A DNA stretch of 64,000 nucleotides, from contig JABIDK010000014.1 of NCBI GenBank assembly GCA_018651725.1, positions 6,625 to 70,624 of the forward strand. Direction: 5' to 3'. A program made the position numbers and the translations under genes. Position 1 is the stretch's first letter. Each line of letters starts with the position of its first letter. Below, piece by piece: positions 9,306-19,689 of this stretch. The notes below the pieces were generated by a model that saw only the letters and a program-made list of their open reading frames with translations, had not been told where the DNA came from and searched no databases. Source of the DNA: Candidatus Falkowbacteria bacterium (GTDB taxonomy: Bacteria; Patescibacteriota; Patescibacteriia; JAACEG01).

Positions 9306-11006
9306 ATGCCGGAAGACAACAATAAAAAGAAAATTAAAATTGCAAGAGAAAAAACATTGGGTGATTTTGATATTAAAATGAGAGAAATAGAAATTAAAGA
9401 AAAAGAACAAGCAGCTAAGGAGAAGGCCAAAGCCTCAGGACTTCCTTATATAAATTTAGCAAAATTTCCAATTTCTCAAGATGCTTTAAAGTTGATAGAT
9501 AAAGCTGAGGCTAAAAAACATCAAATAGTTTGTTTTTTTTACGGAGATAGGCAAGTTCGTTTAGGAGCTGTTAATCCTCTTGATGAGCAAGTTAAAAAGT
9601 TTGTCAAAAAAATAAAAGATCAATTTTTCAATAAAGATATTGGCATATATTTATGCTCTCTTTATAGTTTTGACGCAGCTTTTGCAGGCTACGCCAACTT
9701 ACCTGCGCTTAAGGAGACAAGTGTAGGGGTGGAAATTACCGAACAAGACTTGAAAAAATTTGCAAACATTAAAAATTTTCAGGAGATTGAAAGTTATATC
9801 CGAACAGTACCGTTAACAGATATTGTAAATTTACTTTTAAGTAGTGCTATTAATGTTAACGCGTCTGATATACATATTGAGGCAGAAGAGGGAGGGGTAA
9901 AAGTTAGGTTTAGGCTTGATGGTATTTTGCATGACGTAACAGAGCTACCAAAAGAAAAATGGAAAATTTTAGTTTCCAGAGTTAAGCTAGTTTCTAGTTT
10001 AAAAATTAATGTTGATAGCGTGCCTCAGGATGGTAGTTTTACTATTTATTTAGATAACGATAGAGTCGACGTTAGAGTTTCCACCTTGCCTACAGCCTAC
10101 GGAGAAAGTGTTGTTATTCGGCTTTTACTGTTTTCTCGAGAAAATTTAAGCTTGGAAGACCTAGGTTTAGATAAAGAAAGTTATAGTATTTTAGAAAAAG
10201 GTATTTCAAGGCCAAATGGTATGATTTTAAATACCGGCCCAACAGGGTCAGGTAAAACAACCACACTTTACTCTATTTTAAATAGCTTAAACAAAGAGGG
10301 TACTAAAATTATTACTATTGAAGATCCAATCGAGTATCATTTGGAAGGGGTTAATCAGAGCCACGTAGATGCAAGTAGGGGCTATACCTTTGCTAAAGCG
10401 CTTCGGAGCGTGGTTAGGCAAGATCCGGATATTGTTATGGTTGGTGAAATCCGTGACGCCGATACGGTTGACACTGCAATTCAAGCTTCTTTAACAGGGC
10501 ATTTAGTTTTAAGTACAGTTCATACAAATAGCGCCGCTGGAGCAGTGCCAAGGCTCTTATCGATGCAAGCTCAAAGTTTTTTACTTGCCCCGGCATTAAA
10601 TACGGTTATCGGTCAAAGGCTTGTAAGAAAAATATGTAAAGAGTGTAAAGAAGAGATCAGATTAGATGAAAAAACAATAGCTTATATTAAAGAAATGTTT
10701 TCTGTTATTTCTGAAAAAATAAAAGAAAAAATAGATATTAATAATTTAGCTGAGCAGAAATTTTATATGGGCAAGGGTTGTGAAAAGTGTGGTAATATTG
10801 GCTACAAAGGAAGACTTGCTATTTTTGAAATTATTAACTTTGATGAAGAAATTAGAGAAGCTATTATCTCGGATAAAAATATTTCAGAAGATAAAATAAA
10901 AAAAATAGCCATTCAAAAAGGAATGACTACCATGGCTCAAGATGGAATTTTAAAGGCTCTACGAGGAATAACTTCGGTTGAAGAAGTTCTAAGAGTAACC
11001 GGATAA
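9306..11006 (+). CDS. Type II secretion / type IV pilus assembly ATPase (GspE/PilB family)
   Basis: Walker A GPTGSGKTTT, Asp box, His box, C-terminal CxxC...CxxC zinc motif (CKECK...CEKCG). Confidence 0.9.
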   Translation: MPEDNNKKKIKIAREKTLGDFDIKMREIEIKEKEQAAKEKAKASGLPYINLAKFPISQDALKLIDKAEAKKHQIVCFFYGDRQVRLGAVNPLDEQVKKFVKKIKDQFFNKDIGIYLCSLYSFDAAFAGYANLPALKETSVGVEITEQDLKKFANIKNFQEIESYIRTVPLTDIVNLLLSSAINVNASDIHIEAEEGGVKVRFRLDGILHDVTELPKEKWKILVSRVKLVSSLKINVDSVPQDGSFTIYLDNDRVDVRVSTLPTAYGESVVIRLLLFSRENLSLEDLGLDKESYSILEKGISRPNGMILNTGPTGSGKTTTLYSILNSLNKEGTKIITIEDPIEYHLEGVNQSHVDASRGYTFAKALRSVVRQDPDIVMVGEIRDADTVDTAIQASLTGHLVLSTVHTNSAAGAVPRLLSMQAQSFLLAPALNTVIGQRLVRKICKECKEEIRLDEKTIAYIKEMFSVISEKIKEKIDINNLAEQKFYMGKGCEKCGNIGYKGRLAIFEIINFDEEIREAIISDKNISEDKIKKIAIQKGMTTMAQDGILKALRGITSVEEVLRVTG

Positions 11007-11039
11007 CTCATTGGGTGATTTTTAAGATTATTGAGACTT

Positions 11040-11483
11040 TTAAATTTTTTGGGATACGGTTATTGCTCTTTTACTCTTGTTTACTTTAAAATTTATATAG
11101 ATTGTGTTTCTTGGCAAAAGATTTTTCACTTTTTCCGCCCACTCGATTATTGTAATAGTTTTATCATCAGATAGATAGTTGGTGATACCTAGGGATGTTA
11201 AATCTTCTGAACTATTGAGGCGGTAGGCATCGATATGACAAAGTTTATGATGTCGAAGATGGAACATGGAATATGGAATATTGTAAATTTTCATTATGTT
11301 GAAGGTTGGACTGATTATGTGTTCTTTTATGTCAAGTGACTTGGCAATGCCTTTTATGAAAACTGTTTTGCCACTTCCAAGCTCGCCTGTTAAAGCAATA
11401 GCTTCGTTCCCTTTTAGACTCCTAGCAAATTTTTTAGCTAAAGCAAAAGTTTCCTTTTCGGTTGTAGTAATAAAAGTTTTCAT
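11040..11483 (-). CDS. tsaE: tRNA threonylcarbamoyladenosine biosynthesis protein TsaE
   Basis: 147 aa P-loop protein with GELGSGKT motif, size and pattern typical of YjeE/TsaE. Confidence 0.75.
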   Translation of the reverse strand: MKTFITTTEKETFALAKKFARSLKGNEAIALTGELGSGKTVFIKGIAKSLDIKEHIISPTFNIMKIYNIPYSMFHLRHHKLCHIDAYRLNSSEDLTSLGITNYLSDDKTITIIEWAEKVKNLLPRNTIYINFKVNKSKRAITVSQKI

Positions 11484-11522
11484 AATAACATTATAATTAT
11501 TTTTAATTCATAAAACAACCCT

Positions 11523-12569
11523 ATGTCAAATTTACAAAAACAACAACTAAATATTTCCATGTTTTCTATTGTTAAAATTCTTCTTGTTTTATTTTCTGTT
11601 TATTTATTGTATTTAGTGTCAGATGTGGTTGCTATGTTGTTTATAGCGTTTATTTTATTCTCAGTTATTAATCCATTGGTTAACAGTCTCCATAGTCGTC
11701 GTGTTCCTCGCGCTTTAGGTACAATAATAATTTATATTGTTTTATTTGCTATTATTAGCTCTGTTTTTGTACTGCTTACCCCGGTTATTGTTCATCAAGT
11801 CAAAGAGTTGATTAAAAACTTCCCTGGATATTGGGAACAGATATCTTCCGGCTTTTCGCGGTTGGAAGAGTATTCTGTTAAATATAGCTTTGAAGATAAT
11901 ATCAAAAAAGGATTGGAGTTTTTGCAAAATAATATAGGACAAGGTGCAAAAGGCGTTTTCTCTGTTCTTTCCGGCATCTTTGGCGGAGTGGCATCTTTCT
12001 TTATTGTACTTGTTATTACTTTTTACATGGTAGTTGAAAAAAGTTCTGTAAAAGATTTATTAAGCAATATAGTCCCTGCTAAACCAAGAGATCGTATTAC
12101 TCATATCATGGAAAAAATCCAAGAAAAACTTGGTCTTTGGGCGAGGGCGCAACTTATTCTATCTTTTATTATTTTTCTTTTAACCTTTGTAGCTCTATCT
12201 GTTGCCGGAGTTGAGTATGCGTTAGTTTTAGCTTTAATCGCCGGTTTAACTGAGCTTATCCCGTATCTAGGGCCTATTTTAGGAGCTATTCCGGCTATTG
12301 TTTTGGCTTTTTTCCAGGCGCCCCATTTGGCATTAATAGTACTTGGGATTTATTTGGCTATTCAGCAATTTGAAAATATAGTGCTTGTTCCTCAGGTTAT
12401 GAAAAAAGCAGTTGGCATTAATCCTGTAGTTAGTATTGTTGCTTTAATGTCCGGATTTAAAATTGGCGCTGCCATTGGAATTGGCAGTATACTTGGTGCG
12501 ATTTTAGCGATACCTATTGTAATAACTTTCAATGTAATAATTAACGAAGTGTTTCAAGAAAAAAAATGA
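11523..12569 (+). CDS. AI-2E family transporter (UPF0118/PerM-like membrane protein)
   Basis: 8-TM protein with conserved GLTELIPYLGPILGAIPA segment typical of the family. Confidence 0.75.
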   Translation: MSNLQKQQLNISMFSIVKILLVLFSVYLLYLVSDVVAMLFIAFILFSVINPLVNSLHSRRVPRALGTIIIYIVLFAIISSVFVLLTPVIVHQVKELIKNFPGYWEQISSGFSRLEEYSVKYSFEDNIKKGLEFLQNNIGQGAKGVFSVLSGIFGGVASFFIVLVITFYMVVEKSSVKDLLSNIVPAKPRDRITHIMEKIQEKLGLWARAQLILSFIIFLLTFVALSVAGVEYALVLALIAGLTELIPYLGPILGAIPAIVLAFFQAPHLALIVLGIYLAIQQFENIVLVPQVMKKAVGINPVVSIVALMSGFKIGAAIGIGSILGAILAIPIVITFNVIINEVFQEKK

Positions 12570-13144
12570 TTTCTTACTTAAAAGGAAAAATAATAAGCAT
12601 AGATAATTTATCTGTAATTTTACTAGCAAGCGATACTGGCTATAAAATTTTTTTAGGAAATAATTTGCTTAGCCAAATAAAATTAGGTGAAGAAAAAGAA
12701 TTCTTCACTTTTTTGCGTTTTCGAGAGGATGCTTTAAGCTTGTTTGGGTTTCAAAATAAAGAAGAGCTGGATTTATTTAACCAATTAATTTCTGTTTCCG
12801 GAGTTGGTCCAAAATCAGCTTTACATTTATTAGACACGGTTGGTTTGGGAGAAACGCAAAGAGCTATTGTGAATAAACGAGCAGATGTTTTATCAAGAGC
12901 GCCGGGTCTCGGCAAAAAAACAGCCGAGAAAATTATTATAGAGTTAAAAAATAAAATAATAGTTACCGGAGATGACAGCGCTCCAACCAGAAAGTACTCC
13001 GAAGAAAACGAAGATGTAGTTAACGCTCTAGTTGGACTAGGTTATACAGCAAGAGACGCTAGAGAAGCGCTTGAGAGTGTTTCCGAAGAAATAGAGGGGA
13101 CTGATAATAAAATAAAAGAGGCTTTACGGGTAATTGGAAGATAA
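12566..13144 (+). CDS. ruvA: Holliday junction branch migration complex subunit RuvA
   Basis: MISYLKGKI... N-terminal OB domain, helix-hairpin-helix pair (LISVSGVGPKSA), C-terminal RuvB-interaction domain; ATGA overlap with upstream gene. Confidence 0.9.
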   Translation: MISYLKGKIISIDNLSVILLASDTGYKIFLGNNLLSQIKLGEEKEFFTFLRFREDALSLFGFQNKEELDLFNQLISVSGVGPKSALHLLDTVGLGETQRAIVNKRADVLSRAPGLGKKTAEKIIIELKNKIIVTGDDSAPTRKYSEENEDVVNALVGLGYTARDAREALESVSEEIEGTDNKIKEALRVIGR

Positions 13145-13148
13145 TGAT

Positions 13149-14495
13149 ATGGATAAAATTTTGATAATAATTAAAAAAATAATACCTAAATCTGTTTTTA
13201 GATTTTTGCAGCCTTTTTATCATAAGTTTTTGGTTTGTTTGGCTGCTTTTTTTTATGCACATCCCAGTGAGAAGTTGATTGTGATCGGGGTTACAGGAAC
13301 TAACGGGAAATCTACTACTGCTCACTTGATTGCTAAAGCTTTGGAGGCTCGTGGAGATAAAACAGGGGAAACTTCAACTGTTTTTTTTAAGATCGGAGAC
13401 AAAGAGTGGTTGAACGATAAAAAAATGACCATGCTGGGGCGGTTTGCTTTGCAGAAAATGTTAAAACAAATGGTTCAGGCCGGATGTAAGTATGCTGTGA
13501 TTGAAACTTCGTCCGAAGGAATAAAACAATTCCGTCATTTGGGAATAAATTACGACGTGGTTGTGTTTACAAACTTAACTCCGGAGCATATTGAATCCCA
13601 TGGGGGATTTGAAAACTATAAAAAAGCAAAACTGGAGTTATTTAAACATCTAGAAAAATCAAAAAGAAAAAAAATAGATAACAAGAAAATTAACAAAGCA
13701 ATTATCGCTAATTTAGACGATGAACACGCAAAAGATTTTTTAAATTTTAAAGTTGATAAAAAAATTGGAATTACTATTAAAAATAACAAAAGTGATTTAG
13801 TTGATCAAGCGTTAACTGTAGAAAATACACATAGTAAGTTAAAAGGAATTAGCTTTAGCACTGACAACGTTAATTTTAAATTAAATTTAATAGGAGAATT
13901 TAATATCTATAATGCACTTAGCGCGATAGCGGTCGGTTTAAGTCAAGATTTTGAACTGGAAGAAATGCAACAAACCTTAAGTAAAATCAAAGGAGTGCCC
14001 GGGCGAATGGAGTTAATTAAAGAAGCTCAAAATTTTACAGTTATCGTTGACTACGCCCCGGAACCGGAATCATTAAAGCAGGCTTATAATACAGTTTTAA
14101 AATTAAAAAAAGATAATGCTAAAATTATCCATGTTTTAGGATCTTGCGGCGGAGGAAGAGACATAGCGCGTCGCCCGATTTTAGGTGAGCTAGCCGGCAA
14201 AAACGCTGACTATGTAATTATTACTAATGAAGACCCTTACGACGACGATCCAATGGAAATCATAAACAATGTTGTTGAAGGAGCAGTAAAAGAAGGAAAA
14301 GTTTTGGATAAAAATTTATTTAAAATTTTAGATCGTCGCGAGGCTATAAAAAAAGCCTTGACCTTAGCCAAGGAAAACAATTTAGTTTTAATTACCGGTA
14401 AAGGCAGTGAGCAGGCAATGTGTATTGCAGACGGAAAAAAAATAAAATGGGATGATCGAGCAATAGCCAAAGAAGAGCTTAAAAAACTTTTTTAA
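13149..14495 (+). CDS. Mur ligase family protein (MurE-like, short N-terminal domain)
   Basis: GVTGTNGKSTTAHL P-loop, DYAPEPESL (cf. MurE DYAHTPDAL), C-terminal ITGKGSEQAM domain; ORF-track start 13134 is TTG, first ATG 13149. Confidence 0.65.
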   Translation: MDKILIIIKKIIPKSVFRFLQPFYHKFLVCLAAFFYAHPSEKLIVIGVTGTNGKSTTAHLIAKALEARGDKTGETSTVFFKIGDKEWLNDKKMTMLGRFALQKMLKQMVQAGCKYAVIETSSEGIKQFRHLGINYDVVVFTNLTPEHIESHGGFENYKKAKLELFKHLEKSKRKKIDNKKINKAIIANLDDEHAKDFLNFKVDKKIGITIKNNKSDLVDQALTVENTHSKLKGISFSTDNVNFKLNLIGEFNIYNALSAIAVGLSQDFELEEMQQTLSKIKGVPGRMELIKEAQNFTVIVDYAPEPESLKQAYNTVLKLKKDNAKIIHVLGSCGGGRDIARRPILGELAGKNADYVIITNEDPYDDDPMEIINNVVEGAVKEGKVLDKNLFKILDRREAIKKALTLAKENNLVLITGKGSEQAMCIADGKKIKWDDRAIAKEELKKLF

Positions 14496-15496
14496 ATATT
14501 CCAGGCCTTGTTTAAATTCTCTTTATTTTTTATTAACAGGTTCATATATTTAATTTCTTGTGTGATCATTTCTTTGTCGTCTCTGCGCAACCACTCACTT
14601 ATCCAGGCAAAGCGGAGGGCGATTATAAAGTCAATTAGAGTATCCCAACTTTCTTTTTTAAGAAAGTTTTTTTCTTTTAGGGCTTTAATAAATCCCGGGA
14701 CTATTCCATCTATTAATCCGTTTAAATCTTCGCTACCAACACACCCAACCATATTAGCCACATCATAACTTTCTTTTTTATAACCAACAAATTCCCAATC
14801 AATTACAGAGTTAATTTTGTCTTTACCCCAAATAATATTTAGAGGATGAAAATCACCATGACAAAAGCTGACTGGCAATTTTTCATAAGAATTAAAAAAG
14901 TTATCTTGTAAGTATTTTATTATGGATTTTATATTATTATAAATTTCAGGATTATGATTTTGAATACTTTTTGTAATTTCTAAGACATAAGCACTCAAAG
15001 AAAAAACATCGTTATGGTCAAAAAAAGGAATTTTTTTATTTTTATTTTTTAAATCAATCAAAAATTGAGCAGACGTTTCCCCTCGCCAAGAATCAAAAAC
15101 ATATTTTGGTCGTTTAAGGGAAATACCATCAACAAACGGAAGAACTTGCCAATATTCATCTTGACTATGCATCCTCGGTTGCCCGCAGCAGTTATTATCT
15201 ACTGGATAATTTTGTGGAACCAAGCTTAAAAATTCATTTTTATTGTTACGAAGATAAGAAGTAGCACCTAACAACTTTTTCTTTTCCAAATATTCAGAAG
15301 TTTCAGCAATTATATTTTTTCTCTCAAACAATTTACTATGAATATTTTCTAAAATATATAATTTATTATCGTTATCCTCCACAACAATCCGAAATTTAGC
15401 CCTTTCCGGAGAGCCACAAATATCAATATCATCGCGAACTTTTTTAAATTTAATATCCCAGTTATTTAAGATTTGTTGTAGGTTGTGTTGAGTCAT
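14492..15496 (-). CDS. Phosphotransferase enzyme family protein (aminoglycoside/choline-kinase-like kinase fold)
   Basis: Brenner motif CHGDFHPLNIIW and IDWE(F) metal-binding motif. Confidence 0.65.
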   Translation of the reverse strand: MTQHNLQQILNNWDIKFKKVRDDIDICGSPERAKFRIVVEDNDNKLYILENIHSKLFERKNIIAETSEYLEKKKLLGATSYLRNNKNEFLSLVPQNYPVDNNCCGQPRMHSQDEYWQVLPFVDGISLKRPKYVFDSWRGETSAQFLIDLKNKNKKIPFFDHNDVFSLSAYVLEITKSIQNHNPEIYNNIKSIIKYLQDNFFNSYEKLPVSFCHGDFHPLNIIWGKDKINSVIDWEFVGYKKESYDVANMVGCVGSEDLNGLIDGIVPGFIKALKEKNFLKKESWDTLIDFIIALRFAWISEWLRRDDKEMITQEIKYMNLLIKNKENLNKAWNI

Positions 15497-15577
15497 AGTA
15501 TTTTGACCGTTTATTTACAGTCCAATGTTTAATAGCTATTAAGCTATATATGATTATATACGAGAAGTTAATATTTG

Positions 15578-15612
15578 TAAAAAACCCTACAGCCGTTTGT
15601 TGCGGTGTAGGG
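15578..15612 (-). terminator. Intrinsic terminator (CCCTACACCGCAACAAACGGCTGTAGGG + T6 on minus strand)
   Basis: Stem-loop followed by TTTTTT about 25 nt downstream of the 15636..15914 minus ORF stop. Confidence 0.55.
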
Positions 15613-15635
15613 CTTAGGTTGGATATTTTTTAAGA

Positions 15636-15914
15636 CTATAAAGATTTGCTAAATCCATACGATAAAGAAAACAATGCTGTACAGCCTGACATGAAAGCAA
15701 AAAGTTTTAGCCAATTACTGGGGTTAGTGCAATCATTTAATAATACGATAGAGAAGAAAGACAATAGACTAAAAATAAAAAATGATAAACACCATAAAGG
15801 ACAATACTTTTCATGCCTTGTTACTTTGATAAGACCATGCTCTTTATTGAACATTTTAACTTTGTATGTTGTAACAATAAATCTACCGTTTTTTTCTTCT
15901 GTTTTAAAGAACAT
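15636..15914 (-). CDS. Hypothetical small protein (92 aa) with two C-terminal hydrophobic segments
   Basis: ORF followed by its own terminator; overlapping plus ORFs run into the tRNA gene and are spurious. Confidence 0.35.
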   Translation of the reverse strand: MFFKTEEKNGRFIVTTYKVKMFNKEHGLIKVTRHEKYCPLWCLSFFIFSLLSFFSIVLLNDCTNPSNWLKLFAFMSGCTALFSLSYGFSKSL

Positions 15915-15969
15915 GACCCCTCCCTTGTTATTTGTTTTTAAAAGGTTCTTTTTAATTTTAAAATATTTG

Positions 15970-16043
15970 TGGACCCGACGGGATTCGAACCTGCGACCTC
16001 TTGCATGCCATGCAAGCGCTCTAACCAGCTGAGCTACGGGCCC
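15970..16043 (-). tRNA. tRNA-Ala (anticodon GGC)
   Basis: Hand-folded cloverleaf: acceptor GGGCCCG with G3:U70 Ala identity pair, D-arm GCTCAGCTGGTTAGAGC, anticodon loop ATGGCAT, T-loop GGTTCGAATCC; no encoded CCA. Confidence 0.8.
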
Positions 16044-16047
16044 TTAT

Positions 16048-16782
16048 TTAGAATGCCATGTATTTTGACCATTTATTGTATAAATCTCTGGTGGCGAATA
16101 GATCGTCGGCGTTGTATTTGGCTATGTCTAAATATTTTCCTTCTTGAAATAGTTTTCCAACATCATCTCCGCTTACGCCTTTTGATTTTGGGCTAATAAT
16201 TTCAAACGCCCGACACCATAAATGTAAATTACCTTTTTTTCTAACTGAACCGAAATAGCTTAAATGATCAAGTAGATCTAAGTGATTTGTTTCGTAGTGT
16301 TTGGCGTAACGATAGGGCATTAAATCAACGCTGGGACGAATTCCGTGGACTGCAGAGCGAGCCACTAAAAATGGTATATCAAACCCGCGACCATTAAAGC
16401 TGATTACTTGTCGGTAATCTTTAACACCTTCCCAGAATTTTTTTAACATCTCTTTTTCGCTGTAAGTAACATATTTAATCCCGTTTTCTTCTAAAGCTTC
16501 TTCTCCCGCCTGCAACGCTGTAGCATCTGCGGACAGGTCTTTTTTAGACTGATAGTAAACTGCCCCTTGGTCTTGCTCTACATCCAGCACACCGATTGCT
16601 ACAATTTCTCCGGTTAAAGGAGAAAGCCCTAAACCATCTTTTAAATCATCTAAAGCCAGCTCATACTCTTCTTCATTTTTAGATTCTTTTTTAATCCAAC
16701 GAGTTAAAACACTCTGAGTGGTTTTATCCAGCTCATCAAAATTTTCTCCAATTGTCTCAATGTCGAAAACTAGTTTATTCAT
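16048..16782 (-). CDS. 3'-5' exonuclease, RNase H-like fold (PolB-exonuclease-related, stand-alone)
   Basis: Exo I VFDIETIG, Exo II FNGRGFDIPFL, Exo III YNADDLFATRDLY motifs. Confidence 0.6.
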   Translation of the reverse strand: MNKLVFDIETIGENFDELDKTTQSVLTRWIKKESKNEEEYELALDDLKDGLGLSPLTGEIVAIGVLDVEQDQGAVYYQSKKDLSADATALQAGEEALEENGIKYVTYSEKEMLKKFWEGVKDYRQVISFNGRGFDIPFLVARSAVHGIRPSVDLMPYRYAKHYETNHLDLLDHLSYFGSVRKKGNLHLWCRAFEIISPKSKGVSGDDVGKLFQEGKYLDIAKYNADDLFATRDLYNKWSKYMAF

Positions 16783-16839
16783 AAGATTGTTAAATTAAAG
16801 ATAGTTAAATTTTATGTTATTAAACAAAATGTGTCAATT

Positions 16840-18363
16840 TTATTCACTTTTCGGGCGGTATTGCAGAGCTTCGGCAAGGTGAGGTAGTTTGATGTTTTCT
16901 TCTCGGGCTAAGTCGGCGATGGTGCGGGATAGCTTTAAGATTCTGAAATAAGATCTGGCTGATAAATTAAATTTTTGAATAGCATTTTTTAATAACTCTT
17001 CTGACTCTTTATCTATTTCACAAAATTTTTCCACTTCTTCGGATTTCATTTCAGAGTTAGTTAAAGTATCTAAATTTTTGAACCGTTCATTCTGTGAGTC
17101 GCGGGCATTTTGCACTCTTTCTCTTATTGTTTCTGATTTTTCTCCGTCAGGAGCAGAGGTTAATTTGTCTATTTTAACTTTTTCTACTTCAATGTTTAGG
17201 TCAATCCTATCCAGCAGAGGACCGGATATTTTACGGTTGTATTTTATGACTTGATTTGGTGAGCAAGTGCAATCTTTGTCAGGATCGCTGTAGTTTCCGC
17301 ATGGACAAGGATTTTGAGCGGCTATTAAAATAAATTTTGCCGGAAAATCAAGCGATCCGGTGGCGCGTGAAACCGTGACAACCCCATCTTCGAGTGGTTG
17401 GCGCAAACTTTCCAGAAGATGCCGGCTAAACTCCGGGAATTCATCTAAAAATAAAACTCCGCGATGAGCCAAACTGATTTCGCCTGGTTTTGGCCAAGTT
17501 CCTCCGCCGATTAAAGCTACTGCCGATGAAGTATGGTGAGGATTTCTAAAAGGACGAGTATTTATTAAAGATTGATTTTTGTTTAATTTTCCGGAAACAC
17601 TATATATCTTAGTTGCTTCTAAAACTTCATCCAAAGTCATTTTTGGTAAAATTGAAGGCAGGGTGCGAGCTAAAAGAGTTTTCCCTGTTCCTGGAGGACC
17701 GCTCATTAAAATATTATGTCCACCAGCCGCTGCAATTTCCATGGCTCTTTTCGCCATCTCTTGACCGCGCACTTGCGACATATCGTAAGCATAGCTTTCT
17801 TGCTTGTCTTTTAAATTATATTTTTTTGTTGAAGGAGAAATTGTTTCTACACCCGTAATATGTTTTATCAGTTCGTTTAGATTTTCCAGTGGTATTATTT
17901 CAAGGCCTTCAATTAAACTTGCTTCCTCGGTGTTTGCTTTTGGTAAAAATAAAGTTTTAAAACCTTTTTCTTTAGCCATTATGGCGATCGGTAAAACACC
18001 GTTTACTCCTCGCAAAGTTCCATCCAAAGAAAGCTCACCAATAAAAATCGATTTTTTAAGGTCTATCTTTGATATAAAATTTTTACTGCCCGCGATTAAA
18101 ACACTAAGCGCAATTGGCAAATCAAAAATCGGCCCCTCTTTTTTAATATCAGCCGGAGCTAAGTTTATAGTTATTCTAGTTTGAGGAAAAGTTAGAGAAC
18201 TGTTTTTAATAGCCGAGCGAACACGCTCTCGAGATTCCTGTACAGCCGTATCCGGCAAACCAACCACAACAAAGTTTCCCAAACCACCTGAGATATCAGC
18301 TTCAACCTCAACCGGTTCACTATGTAATCCAATAGAAGTAGCAGAAAATATTTTAGAAGACAT
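16840..18363 (-). CDS. comM: Mg-chelatase-like AAA+ ATPase YifB/ComM
   Basis: N-terminal Lon-SSD-like domain, Walker A GPPGTGKT, MCM/chelatase-type AAA core, C-terminal domain; 507 aa. Confidence 0.9.
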   Translation of the reverse strand: MSSKIFSATSIGLHSEPVEVEADISGGLGNFVVVGLPDTAVQESRERVRSAIKNSSLTFPQTRITINLAPADIKKEGPIFDLPIALSVLIAGSKNFISKIDLKKSIFIGELSLDGTLRGVNGVLPIAIMAKEKGFKTLFLPKANTEEASLIEGLEIIPLENLNELIKHITGVETISPSTKKYNLKDKQESYAYDMSQVRGQEMAKRAMEIAAAGGHNILMSGPPGTGKTLLARTLPSILPKMTLDEVLEATKIYSVSGKLNKNQSLINTRPFRNPHHTSSAVALIGGGTWPKPGEISLAHRGVLFLDEFPEFSRHLLESLRQPLEDGVVTVSRATGSLDFPAKFILIAAQNPCPCGNYSDPDKDCTCSPNQVIKYNRKISGPLLDRIDLNIEVEKVKIDKLTSAPDGEKSETIRERVQNARDSQNERFKNLDTLTNSEMKSEEVEKFCEIDKESEELLKNAIQKFNLSARSYFRILKLSRTIADLAREENIKLPHLAEALQYRPKSE

Positions 18364-18402
18364 AAAGTTAGTTTTTAGGACAAGAAATTAAACATTATTA
18401 TT

Positions 18403-18732
18403 ATGGCAATGATGAAAACTTTTTGCAAATTTTTTATAGAAATAAATCTATGCTATAATATAAATATGAAAACTTTAAAGTCTAATAAACGACAATTCAT
18501 TATTTTGTTGATAGCTTCTTTTTTTGGAGCGCTTCTCGCTATCGTTCATGGTATATTCTTTGATTTAGATATAGGAGAGCTTGGTCGGCTGACTATTGGA
18601 GGAACCTTTGCAACTACAGCGATTTTGTTTTTAGTTTTATTGTTTTTGGAGTGGGTTTTTGATCTGGATAACGAGAAAAAAATAGACGAACTTACCAAGG
18701 AAATTGAAGAAATCAAAAAGAAGATTAAATAG
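18403..18732 (+). CDS. Hypothetical small membrane protein (2 TM) with C-terminal charged coiled segment
   Basis: ORF with hydrophobic segments; start uncertain (alternative ATG 18466). Confidence 0.35.
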   Translation: MAMMKTFCKFFIEINLCYNINMKTLKSNKRQFIILLIASFFGALLAIVHGIFFDLDIGELGRLTIGGTFATTAILFLVLLFLEWVFDLDNEKKIDELTKEIEEIKKKIK

Positions 18733-19198
18733 TAGATTTAATAATAATTTTCTTTTTTAATAATTCTTCTTTTAATAAAAAACCAACCCCTAGAACGATT
18801 AAAATATCAGCCAGATTAAAGATGGAAAACCAGGGAATGTTGATAAAATCAATTACATAGCCGAGATAAATTCTGTCGATCAAATTAGAGATCGCGCCAG
18901 CGAGGATAACAGTAATAATTAAAACTCCCCCTAGATTATTTTTTCTATAGTTTTTTTGCAAAAGATAGAGTAAAAATAGAATGGTGATTGTGCTTAAAAG
19001 AAATAAAAGGATGTGTGGTATTCTGAAATTAAACGCTATTCCGTAATTTTTAGTAAAAGTTATTTCTAAAAGATTTTCAATAGAAAAATCCCGAAACGTA
19101 TCGGGATTTTTTGATATATAGTTTTTACTAAATTGGTCTATTGCTACTAAAACTATTCCAACAATAAAAATAAAAGTAGTTTTCAGTTTTTTGTTCAT
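18725..19198 (-). CDS. lspA: Lipoprotein signal peptidase II
   Basis: 4-TM, conserved NYGIAFN and AISNLIDR...FNLADILIVLG motifs. Confidence 0.85.
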   Translation of the reverse strand: MNKKLKTTFIFIVGIVLVAIDQFSKNYISKNPDTFRDFSIENLLEITFTKNYGIAFNFRIPHILLFLLSTITILFLLYLLQKNYRKNNLGGVLIITVILAGAISNLIDRIYLGYVIDFINIPWFSIFNLADILIVLGVGFLLKEELLKKKIIIKSTI

Positions 19199-19199
19199 T

Positions 19200-19598
19200 T
19201 TAAGCTTCTCCTTTTAATCTTTTTTTACAGGTGATACAAGCAGAAGAAATTGGTCTTATTTTAATCCTTTCTTTTCTGATTGGTTCTTTGCAGTATTTAC
19301 AAATTCCGTAAGTTCCTTTTTTAATTCTATCCAAAGCGCTTTCAATATCACGCAAGGTATCTTCCAGCGATTTTCCCAAAGACAAGTTATCGGTAAAAGT
19401 TGCTATTTCGTTGGCGTTCTCATCGCTTTTGTCTCCATATTCAGGAAAAATAGCTTTATGCGCTTCATGTTCATATTTATCCTCCTTGGTAATTTTACCT
19501 AATTCATCATTAATATTATCTCTTCTGATTTCTAGAGATTTTTTTATTGCAGCCAAAGTCTTCTTATCCAGAGCCGTTTTTACTTTTTTTATTGCCAT
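19200..19598 (-). CDS. DksA/TraR-family C4 zinc-finger protein
   Basis: Coiled-coil N-terminus plus C-terminal CxxC-X17-CxxC (CKYCKEP...CITCKK). Confidence 0.7.
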   Translation of the reverse strand: MAIKKVKTALDKKTLAAIKKSLEIRRDNINDELGKITKEDKYEHEAHKAIFPEYGDKSDENANEIATFTDNLSLGKSLEDTLRDIESALDRIKKGTYGICKYCKEPIRKERIKIRPISSACITCKKRLKGEA

Positions 19599-19689
19599 AT
19601 AATTTCTTTAAAATAATAAATAAAATAACACTTTTTAGTGTTTTTTATACTTTTATTATAGTATTTTGTTTTGTTTTTGTAAAGAGGGC

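Noticed and set aside
15646-16196. Plus-strand ORFs 15646..16032 and 15969..16196
   Set aside because: They run through the tRNA-Ala gene (translation contains the tRNA sequence); spurious
17579-18184. Three plus-strand ORFs inside comM
   Set aside because: Antisense to a well-supported AAA+ gene; no SD, biased composition
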